Assembly: GCA_037140955.1 (NCBI GenBank)
Contig: JBAXDL010000001.1
Location: 15,129 to 79,128 of the forward strand
DNA from: a bacterium
GTDB taxonomy: Bacteria; Patescibacteriota; Minisyncoccia; Moranbacterales; GWC2-37-73
Length of the DNA stretch: 64,000 bases
Direction of reading: 5' to 3'
Shown: positions 56,694-64,000 of the stretch, piece after piece
How positions within the stretch are numbered: the first letter of the stretch is position 1
How the letters are laid out: every line of letters starts with the position of its first letter
Position numbers and translations under genes: made by a program
Notes under the pieces: generated by a model
What the model was told of the DNA's origin: nothing
The model's database searches: none
What the model saw: only the letters and a program-made list of their open reading frames with translations

Positions 56694-57887
56694 TTAATTT
56701 CTTTTTGAAAATTTTTCAAAAATATCCTGCCATTTTTCGGCAATATTACTGGCTGAAAAATCTTGCACATATCTTGAGCCTTCGCATCCCATATTGCTTG
56801 CCAACTCTCGATTTTGCAATAATACCTCTATTTTATCAGCTAAAGCAAGCGCTTCTCCAATTGGCACGACAAAGCCTTTTTTTTCATCGCGTCCAAGATA
56901 ATTTGGCAGAGCCCAAGCATCAGCAGCAACGGATGGGATGCCCACTGACATGGCCTTCATCATACTAATACACTGTGTTTCAGCCACACTCATTACTGCA
57001 AAAACATCAGCTGCTTGATACAGCTCAACATGCGCTTTGTCATCAACTCTTCCAAAAAATTTTACAGAATTTTTAATTTTAAGTTTTTTTGCCAATTTTT
57101 TCAGATCATCTTGTGCGCTGCCTATTCCTGTTATCACGAGCATGGCATCAGGAATATTTTCAACAACCTTTTCCATTGCGGCGATGATCACATCAACTTG
57201 CTTCTCCTTGGCGAGCCTACCAGTATACAAAACAACATTATCACCAAGCAAATACCTAGCTTTTAATTCTTTTTTCTGTTCCAATGTTGGCACTGAAAAA
57301 TTTTGCAAATCAATAGGATTTGAAATCTCAGCTGAATCCCTATCAAATCCGTAGTCTTTCATTTCTTTTAATATTTTTTCATAGGGAGCGCTCACAAACT
57401 TGCACCAATTGTAATACCAACAAACAAATTTCAGACCAAGCCAATCAAAAAAAATATTACTAATCGGCAAATAACTGGTAAATTCAACAATAGGCGTGTG
57501 ATTCGTGCCAACAAGAGGAATCCCAAACATCCTAGACATTAGCAATGCTTCAATTCCCATCCCATAGGGAGATTGCGTGTAAACAATATCAAAATTTTCT
57601 TTTTTGTATTTCAATAATCGCAAACCAAACGGCAAAACAATTCGCGATTGACCAGTCGGTGAACCAAAAAATGGCAACGACCAGAAACGATGAAATTTTA
57701 TTTTTTCATTTATTTCCAATTCCTTATTTGGCAAGTTTGCCTTGGCATAATCACTGGCCGAATATGCCGCTGCAAAAAAATGGACCTCATGTCCAAGCTC
57801 AGCAAGATTTTTTGCAAGCAAAACAATAGAATCAGAAATTCCACTTATTTCAGGATAAAAATTGTCAGAAAAAATTGCAATTTTCAT
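56694..57887 (-). CDS. Glycosyltransferase family 4 (diacylglycerol glucosyltransferase-like)
   Basis: MKIAIFSDNFYPEISG, T.HT, GRLAKEK, S.AETQ. Confidence 0.9.
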   Translation of the reverse strand: MKIAIFSDNFYPEISGISDSIVLLAKNLAELGHEVHFFAAAYSASDYAKANLPNKELEINEKIKFHRFWSLPFFGSPTGQSRIVLPFGLRLLKYKKENFDIVYTQSPYGMGIEALLMSRMFGIPLVGTNHTPIVEFTSYLPISNIFFDWLGLKFVCWYYNWCKFVSAPYEKILKEMKDYGFDRDSAEISNPIDLQNFSVPTLEQKKELKARYLLGDNVVLYTGRLAKEKQVDVIIAAMEKVVENIPDAMLVITGIGSAQDDLKKLAKKLKIKNSVKFFGRVDDKAHVELYQAADVFAVMSVAETQCISMMKAMSVGIPSVAADAWALPNYLGRDEKKGFVVPIGEALALADKIEVLLQNRELASNMGCEGSRYVQDFSASNIAEKWQDIFEKFSKRN

Positions 57888-57892
57888 GTTTT

Positions 57893-58492
57893 CTAAATCT
57901 TATCCGCAAGTCTTTTTGATATTTTCTTGTAAATAAAAGCAAAAGAAAAATATGCCACTATGATGAAAAATGGGACCAATGCACCATATTTAATATACTT
58001 TCCAATGTCATATACTCTGCCAAAAAAATATCCCAGCACCATGAAAGTAAGCGTCTTTTGAAATGTGACCAACAAAACAAAACAAAAATATTTCCACCAT
58101 TTCATTTTCAGTGCACCAACCAGCATTAATCCTGGAGTTGAAAGCACTGGTGTATATTTCAAAATAGCAACTGTTTTGCCACCATGCAAATGGATGCCTT
58201 TGCGCAAATGTTCCATTCTTGATTTTGTCAGACCAAACTTATGACCAAACCTTGAAACAAAACCAAGACCCTTCCAGCGACCAAGTCCATAATAGACACT
58301 ATCGGGAATAATATCGCCCAACAAGGAGAGAATAAGGACTACAACTGGATTAAAAAATCCAAGTGTGGCAGCAAAAGTTGCTGCAGCTGTCACAGTTGGA
58401 CCCTCAATGCACATTGCTAAAAACATCAAAGCATAGCCATGTGAAATTATCCAAGAAAATACTTGTTGAAAATTTGTTAGATCAATACCCAT
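57893..58492 (-). CDS. DedA/VTT family membrane protein
   Basis: GY..MF..M.IEGP, GD...D..YY.LGR, K.TP. Confidence 0.82.
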   Translation of the reverse strand: MGIDLTNFQQVFSWIISHGYALMFLAMCIEGPTVTAAATFAATLGFFNPVVVLILSLLGDIIPDSVYYGLGRWKGLGFVSRFGHKFGLTKSRMEHLRKGIHLHGGKTVAILKYTPVLSTPGLMLVGALKMKWWKYFCFVLLVTFQKTLTFMVLGYFFGRVYDIGKYIKYGALVPFFIIVAYFSFAFIYKKISKRLADKI

Positions 58493-58538
58493 TTAGTCAT
58501 TATATTGCTAAAAGAGGATAGTTGCAAAAAATAGGCAA

Positions 58539-58994
58539 CTATTTTGTAGGAAGAGGTCTTATTTGAATATTTTGAGCAGCGATGCTTCCGTCAGTATTTG
58601 TTTTTCCTTGAGCAGTGACTTGTTGTCCGATGCTCAAATCAGCAATGACACCAGAAACTGATTTATCAATTGAAGTTTTGTCTGAAAGAAATACTATTTT
58701 TGAGCCACCATCTCGTGTTTTGATGGTGACACTACTATCATCCTTTGCAATCACTTCCCCACCAACAAAATCCCCAGCTGGGCCATTTTGACTACCTGCT
58801 TGCATGCCACCACGCTGACTACCAGTGCCTCGTTGTCCACCACCAGCGCCACCGGCGAATCCTCCCCTGCCTTGTTGATCTTGCGCATTTTTTGCTTGAA
58901 CATTTCTTGCTCCATATTGCATGCCACCATAAAATGCACCCCCAACTGCTAGCATAAGAATAATTACTCCTATTGCTATATTTTGTCTTTTCAT
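58539..58994 (-). CDS. Membrane-anchored DUF5666-like protein with a Gly-rich linker
   Basis: GAFYGGMQY, GEVIAKD..S.T.K..DGGSKIV, G..N.DGS..A..IQIRP. Confidence 0.75.
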   Translation of the reverse strand: MKRQNIAIGVIILMLAVGGAFYGGMQYGARNVQAKNAQDQQGRGGFAGGAGGGQRGTGSQRGGMQAGSQNGPAGDFVGGEVIAKDDSSVTIKTRDGGSKIVFLSDKTSIDKSVSGVIADLSIGQQVTAQGKTNTDGSIAAQNIQIRPLPTK

Positions 58995-59035
58995 AATATT
59001 TTTATTATTTATAATTAATTTTTAATTTCCAATTT

Positions 59036-60256
59036 TTATTCATAACGCAAAGCCTCCATCGGACTCAAATTTGCAGCGCGACGTGCAGGATAAAAACCAA
59101 AAACAATTCCGACTCCTGCAGAAACACCAAAGGCAAGTAATACTGATGATGATGAAATTTGAGTTTGCAATTGTGGAACAAAATTTGAAACAGCCATAGA
59201 AGCTGCCCATCCTAATATCACACCCACAAAGCCACCAAAAAATGTCAGCACCACAGCTTCAGCCAAAAATTGCATGTTGATATAAATCTTTTTTATGCCA
59301 ACAGCTTTTCGAAGACCAATTTCACGCGTTCTCTCGGTGACAGTAGTAAGCATCATATTCATAATTCCAATGCCGCCAACAAGCAAGGAAATGCCAGCAA
59401 TTGATGAAAGTAAAATTGTGAAAGTGCCAGTAATACTTGATGCTGTTGCAATAATGTCTGATTGATTAACAAGACTAAAATCTGCTGCTTGAGGATCTAA
59501 AATATTATGTTTTCGAAGCAAAAGATCTGTTATTTGCTGCTGAGTTGAAATCATTGCACTTGAACTTGCAGCCGAAGCGCTGATAGTGGAAACAAAAATA
59601 TCACCTGACAAAAAATGTTGCGCGCTAGTAAGTGGAACATAAATTTGATCATCAGGATTTGCAAATCCACTACCACCCTTGGCAGCTGCAACCCCAATCA
59701 CTTCAAAGTCAATATTTTTGATGCGTATATTTTGACCAATAGGATCTGCTCCAACACCGAAAAGATCGTCACGAGCAGTTGGCCCAAGCACTGCGACTTT
59801 TGCACTGCTTTTTACTTGCTGATCAGTGACAAATGTTCCCGAGTCTATAGCAACATTTCTAGCACTGAGATAGTCAGGCACGGTTCCAACCACTTGCGTG
59901 TTGGTGTTTGTGCCTTTAGCAGTGACCTGATAGCGCTTACTAACATCAGGTGCAACTGCTGTTACGCTTTGTATTTCTGCTTTAATTGCATTTGCATCAT
60001 CAAGTGTTAATGTTTGAGCACTTCCTCTACCAGCATTAACAGTGCTTCCTCTTTGAGCGCCAGGAGTGATGATAATAAGGTTTGAACCAATTGATTGAAT
60101 GCTACTAGCAATTGAGTTTTGTGCTCCCTGTCCAATCGACACCATAGTAATAACACTAGCAATACCAATAACTATTCCCAAAATAGTAAGACCACTTCGA
60201 ACTTTGTTAGCAGATAGTGACCAAAATGTTTCTTTTAAAATATCTGTTGTAATCAT
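59036..60256 (-). CDS. MacB-like ABC transporter permease
   Basis: RS.LT.LGIVIGIASV, GGIGIMN.ML..V.ERTREIG.RKA.G, G.YPA.RAA.L.P.EALRYE. Confidence 0.94.
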   Translation of the reverse strand: MITTDILKETFWSLSANKVRSGLTILGIVIGIASVITMVSIGQGAQNSIASSIQSIGSNLIIITPGAQRGSTVNAGRGSAQTLTLDDANAIKAEIQSVTAVAPDVSKRYQVTAKGTNTNTQVVGTVPDYLSARNVAIDSGTFVTDQQVKSSAKVAVLGPTARDDLFGVGADPIGQNIRIKNIDFEVIGVAAAKGGSGFANPDDQIYVPLTSAQHFLSGDIFVSTISASAASSSAMISTQQQITDLLLRKHNILDPQAADFSLVNQSDIIATASSITGTFTILLSSIAGISLLVGGIGIMNMMLTTVTERTREIGLRKAVGIKKIYINMQFLAEAVVLTFFGGFVGVILGWAASMAVSNFVPQLQTQISSSSVLLAFGVSAGVGIVFGFYPARRAANLSPMEALRYE

Positions 60257-60261
60257 ATTTT

Positions 60262-60942
60262 TTAACTTTTTTTAATATCACTCTCAATGAAACCATCGCG
60301 AATTGAAATGATCCGCTGAGCAAAATCTGCAATCTCTGGTTCATGAGTAATAAGGACAATGGTGTGACCTTTTTTGTGCAACTCCTGAAAAGCCTCCATC
60401 ACAATATGACTTGTTTTTGTGTCCAAATTTCCAGTTGGCTCATCTGCCAAAATTATAGCTGGATTATTAATAAGTGATCTTGCAATAGCTACGCGCTGCA
60501 TCTGCCCACCGGAAAGCTGATTAGAAAGATTATAAAACTTCCCCTCCTCCATGCCAGCATATACCAAGCATTCTTTGGCCCTTTGTGAGCGCTCCTGCTC
60601 TGTTGTGTCAGTATACAATAAAGGCAACATAACATTTCTAAGCACAGTTGTTCTTGGTAAGAGGTTGAACGATTGAAAAACAAAACCAATTTTTTCTCTG
60701 CGCAATTGTGAAAGTTCATCATCATCCAAACTAGAAACTTCTTTATTGTCGAGAAAATATGTCCCCTCCGATGGTGTATCCAATGCCCCCAAAATATGCA
60801 TCAGTGTTGATTTTCCTGATCCAGATGGTCCAATAATGGCAACAAATTCACCTTTTTCAATACTAAAAGAAACACCACCAAGCGCAACAGTTTCCACATC
60901 TCCATTTTGGTATACTTTTTTTAAATTTTTGCATTCAATCAT
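60262..60942 (-). CDS. ABC transporter ATP-binding protein (LolD/MacB type)
   Basis: [39 protein letters not shown]. Confidence 0.95.
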   Translation of the reverse strand: MIECKNLKKVYQNGDVETVALGGVSFSIEKGEFVAIIGPSGSGKSTLMHILGALDTPSEGTYFLDNKEVSSLDDDELSQLRREKIGFVFQSFNLLPRTTVLRNVMLPLLYTDTTEQERSQRAKECLVYAGMEEGKFYNLSNQLSGGQMQRVAIARSLINNPAIILADEPTGNLDTKTSHIVMEAFQELHKKGHTIVLITHEPEIADFAQRIISIRDGFIESDIKKS

Positions 60943-60949
60943 ACTTAGA

Positions 60950-61045
60950 CAAAAATCAAAATACAAAAATCAAAATTCAATAAGAAATTCGGCGCATTAA
61001 ACTCATTGAAAAATATATGTTGTATCTTGTATATTAGATTTTATT
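60950..61045. repeat. Inverted heptamer array inside the Mac operon
   Basis: CAAAAAT-CAAAATA-CAAAAAT-CAAAATT ... TTGTATC-TTGTATA-TTAGATT. Confidence 0.65.
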
Positions 61046-61046
61046 T

Positions 61047-62228
61047 TTACCCTCTTCCTCCACCGCCCAAGCCTGGAAGCCTAACTCCACCACCACCGCT
61101 TGTGGTTGTGGTTGATTTTGCATTAGGATCAATTGTTTGAGTAATAACCTTGTCACCAACATTTATCCCACTAACAATCTCCGTTTCGGTGTTATTCGCT
61201 GCACCAATTTCAATAGTGCGTTTTTGTGGAATATTTGAAGAATCAAGAATTTCAAGATAACTCTTATTTACTTGCATCTTGAGGGCACTATTTGGAACAA
61301 CAATCACATCTTGTTTAATTTGCGTTATAATCTTAGCTGAAACGCTCATTCCAGATCTAATTCTTTCATCAATAGTGTCAAAGCCAATTGTCACATTGTA
61401 ATTAACAACACCTTGAGTGATTGTTCCAAGGGCATCCATTTTCTCAACTTTTCCCGAAACAGAAAGTCCATCAATGGCACCAAATGTCATCATAACTTTT
61501 TGCCCAATTGAAACATTTGGGATATCAACCTCATTGATAGCAACTTGTGCTTTCAGTGTTTTCAAATCACCAATAATAATTGGCGCAGATGAATTGTTGC
61601 TTGATGAAAGCCTGCTCAAATCATCACCATTTTTAATGTTGATCGCACTAACCGTTCCAGCAATTGGGGCAGTTACTGTTCTTTTTGCACCATTTGTCAG
61701 AGTGTTGCCGTAATCTGCTGATGTTGCAGCATAATTTTTTTGAGCAGCAATAACTCCAAGTTTTGCAATCGCAACTTTTTCCTTCAATATATCTCGCTGC
61801 TTATGTGTTGTTGTGTCCTTGTTTGCTGCACTTTCATCAGCTTGCGCTTGCTTCACTTGAAGCTCAGCTGAATCAAGTGAGTTCTTTGATTGCTGCAGAG
61901 AGGCTGTTGCCTTAAAGTTGCTAACAGAAAGATCATTGTTGATAATTGTAAAAAGAACATCACCCTTTTTGACATTATCTCCGATTTTAACCATCACATT
62001 TGAAATTGTTCCAGTGATTGTTGGATCAACAGTTGCAAGCTGATCAACCACGACATTTCCAGAGCCAGCCACTGAAGTTGTGAGGCTGGTTTTTTCGGCA
62101 ATTGCTGTTTTGTATTGAACTGCGACAGTGGTTTGATGTGTTTTCGTGTACCAATAATAACCAATTGCCACAACAATCAGTGCGCCAAAGACAATCATTC
62201 CTTTGTGTTTTTTCCAATAATTTTTCAT
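61047..62228 (-). CDS. MacA-like membrane fusion protein
   Basis: TM, V..G..VKKG, APIAG.V, NEVDI..V..GQ, GMSV.A.I, VPNSA. Confidence 0.92.
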   Translation of the reverse strand: MKNYWKKHKGMIVFGALIVVAIGYYWYTKTHQTTVAVQYKTAIAEKTSLTTSVAGSGNVVVDQLATVDPTITGTISNVMVKIGDNVKKGDVLFTIINNDLSVSNFKATASLQQSKNSLDSAELQVKQAQADESAANKDTTTHKQRDILKEKVAIAKLGVIAAQKNYAATSADYGNTLTNGAKRTVTAPIAGTVSAINIKNGDDLSRLSSSNNSSAPIIIGDLKTLKAQVAINEVDIPNVSIGQKVMMTFGAIDGLSVSGKVEKMDALGTITQGVVNYNVTIGFDTIDERIRSGMSVSAKIITQIKQDVIVVPNSALKMQVNKSYLEILDSSNIPQKRTIEIGAANNTETEIVSGINVGDKVITQTIDPNAKSTTTTSGGGGVRLPGLGGGGRG

Positions 62229-62277
62229 ACTTTAATTTATTTTTTTATTATAAAAATATCCATACTAATATTAACAG

Positions 62278-62781
62278 CTATTTTTCAAAAATACGAATCA
62301 AATCAGTATTAACAACTCCATCATCTCCAGGGTTTCCAATTGCGACAATTTTTTCATCATTCCTAAGATCTGTGATTTTAATATCAATTCTTCCATCTTT
62401 AATAACAGTTTTTTCATTTACTGCGATCGTATTTTCTTTTCCCCCGCGATCCTTGATCACGATATTATTATCAACAATTGAAGTGATGATTCCTGAAACC
62501 CCATGACCATTTCTAAAATCACCAGGACCAGGCATCATTCCTTTGAATCTTGCACCAAACTCTCCGCGCCCATCCATTTCACGAGGACCATCCATCATTG
62601 CTCTTTGCCCACCCACAAAATTTCTTTCATAGTTTGCACCCCATTGATATGAATATTTCGCCCTATGTTCTCCAACTTTCATACCAAAAGCAAAAACAAT
62701 CACAGCTGCAATCAAACATCCAAAAGCCCCCACAATTACAGTGAAGTATTTTGATTGTGTAATTTTTTTAATTGTTATCAT
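62278..62781 (-). CDS. Membrane-anchored DUF5666-like protein
   Basis: F..G..VG...A.YS..W..NY.RNF; HG..G.I..I; V.IG.P...G...A.LIR. Confidence 0.7.
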   Translation of the reverse strand: MITIKKITQSKYFTVIVGAFGCLIAAVIVFAFGMKVGEHRAKYSYQWGANYERNFVGGQRAMMDGPREMDGRGEFGARFKGMMPGPGDFRNGHGVSGIITSIVDNNIVIKDRGGKENTIAVNEKTVIKDGRIDIKITDLRNDEKIVAIGNPGDDGVVNTDLIRIFEK

Positions 62782-62815
62782 ATTATTTTGTAAATAAATT
62801 ATTAACATTGCAACA

Positions 62816-62842
62816 TGTCATCTCGAGCTTGTCGAGAGATCT
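62816..62842. repeat. GTCATC-type palindromic repeat (sister family)
   Basis: TGTCATCTCGAGCTTGTCGAGAGATCT; same TGTCAT head plus hairpin. Confidence 0.65.
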
Positions 62843-62859
62843 GAGCCCAAACTCCTCCA

Positions 62860-63279
62860 CTATAGTCGAAGCGACACATGATGAGAACTCAATCCATCAT
62901 GGCTCTGCAATTTTCCATATTGCCTGAGCAAGAACATGAAAACAAAAATTGGAAGCAGTGTCATGGAAATGGAAACTGTTGGCATTGTTTCAAGCAATGA
63001 CAATGTATAATCTTGCCACATCATGCTGATTGTATTTAAGTCAGAAAAAACAAGCAATGTGATGCTGAAAAATTCCGATAACAAAAGCTCTTTTCCAAAA
63101 ATTGCCAAAGCTGCAAAACTGGAAATTCCAGAAAAAACAAACCCAATTCGAATCAGCAGCAGCTTTCTTGCAACACTTTTCTGATTTTCCATCTCAATTC
63201 GCGCAAAAACAGCCTGCTTCAATCCTTTGGGCAGTTTAATTTCCAAATCGCCTAAAATAGTTTTAAAATTATTGTCCAT
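62860..63279 (-). CDS. Putative membrane anti-sigma factor
   Basis: Directly downstream of the ECF sigma gene; P.GL...V..RI, then TMs and SL.E..P. Confidence 0.6.
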   Translation of the reverse strand: MDNNFKTILGDLEIKLPKGLKQAVFARIEMENQKSVARKLLLIRIGFVFSGISSFAALAIFGKELLLSEFFSITLLVFSDLNTISMMWQDYTLSLLETMPTVSISMTLLPIFVFMFLLRQYGKLQSHDGLSSHHVSLRL

Positions 63280-63286
63280 ACCTGTA

Positions 63287-63868
63287 CTACGAGGTTGGAA
63301 ATATTTTGGGTGCAACATCCGAGGATGCTGACTTTTTAAGAAAAATTAGCGCACGACGATATTTACTTTTAATAGTATTGTTTGATGCCCCAAGAATTTC
63401 AGCAATTTCAACCAAGGAAAATCCTTGTTGATGATGAAGGATTAAAATTGTTTTTAACTGTGGAGACAATGAGTTTAGATATTTTTCAGCCTCATTGGCA
63501 TTGTCCATTTTTTGCAAAAGCGCATTTGAGTGCAAGATTGTTTCATCTTCAATATTTTCAAGAATATTAAAACCTTCCCCATTTTCAAAAATAGAAAAGG
63601 CTAAAGTTTTTTTCTTTTTCAAATAATCATAAGCAGTGTTTCGAGCTATTGCATATAGCCAAGTGCTGAACTTTTTTTCTTTTTCAAACGATTCAATATT
63701 TTTCCATATTTTCACAAAAACATCTTGAACAATATCCTCAGAAGCTGAGGAATCTTTTGTTAATTGAAAAATAAAATTGTAAATAGGTTTGAGGTATTTC
63801 TCGATAAGGCTTTCCAATGCTTGCTGATCACCATCAAGAAATTTCCCAACCAATTGTTCATCTATCAT
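63287..63868 (-). CDS. ECF RNA polymerase sigma factor
   Basis: D..LV.....GD..A...L..KY, EDIVQD.F.K.W, FSTWLY.IARN...D, EIA..L....NT.KS...RA. Confidence 0.94.
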   Translation of the reverse strand: MIDEQLVGKFLDGDQQALESLIEKYLKPIYNFIFQLTKDSSASEDIVQDVFVKIWKNIESFEKEKKFSTWLYAIARNTAYDYLKKKKTLAFSIFENGEGFNILENIEDETILHSNALLQKMDNANEAEKYLNSLSPQLKTILILHHQQGFSLVEIAEILGASNNTIKSKYRRALIFLKKSASSDVAPKIFPTS

Positions 63869-64000
63869 AAATAAACAATATACCAAGACTAACTATTTCT
63901 CAAGTACAAAAAATATTTGATCAATCTTTTTTCACCCAAAAAGATGATCAATCTTCATGCTTTCAATATTTCACTTTCCAATCTTTTGATACTATCTTCG

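Noticed and set aside
63955-64000. 3' end of a minus-strand gene (EDSIKRLESEILKA*)
   Set aside because: Plausible, but only 14 codons are visible; too little to call.

Overview
AT-rich bacterial chromosomal segment using the standard genetic code (TGA is a stop). Gene content (cupin-type PGI, CPR-style pilin, DUF5666-like proteins, tRNA-Arg(GCG), few Shine-Dalgarno motifs) suggests a Patescibacteria/CPR (Parcubacteria-like) genome; that assignment is inference. Most genes are on the minus strand. The backbone is housekeeping: lexA (partial), three tRNAs, recG, a phosphomannomutase, trpS, rnj, manC, secG, smpB-tmRNA, infC-rpmI-rplT, lgt, typA, engB, obgE, a Dus enzyme, rarA, a MarR-RND efflux operon, and an ECF-sigma/MacAB-like/DedA/glycosyltransferase cluster. 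There is no CRISPR array, rRNA, integrase or canonical transposase. The most unusual content is a layer of transposase-free micro-elements: (1) a 337-bp GIY-YIG nuclease cassette with 20-bp terminal inverted repeats and a 4-bp target duplication, inserted exactly in the lexA start codon and recreating the ATG; (2) a second GIY-YIG gene with REP-like hairpins between two tRNA-Ser genes; (3) GTCATTCC..GGAATCCAG palindromes inserted in frame in recG and a flavoprotein gene; (4) about ten inverted heptamer/nonamer tandem arrays abutting start codons and stable-RNA ends; (5) a 1.4-kb two-gene cassette bounded by GAGGACnGTCCTCAAGT inverted repeats that truncates a third, LEM-3-like GIY-YIG gene. Three paralogous membrane-anchored lysozyme/glucosaminidase-like proteins are also notable. 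All calls were made by reading the sequence; no searches were run.
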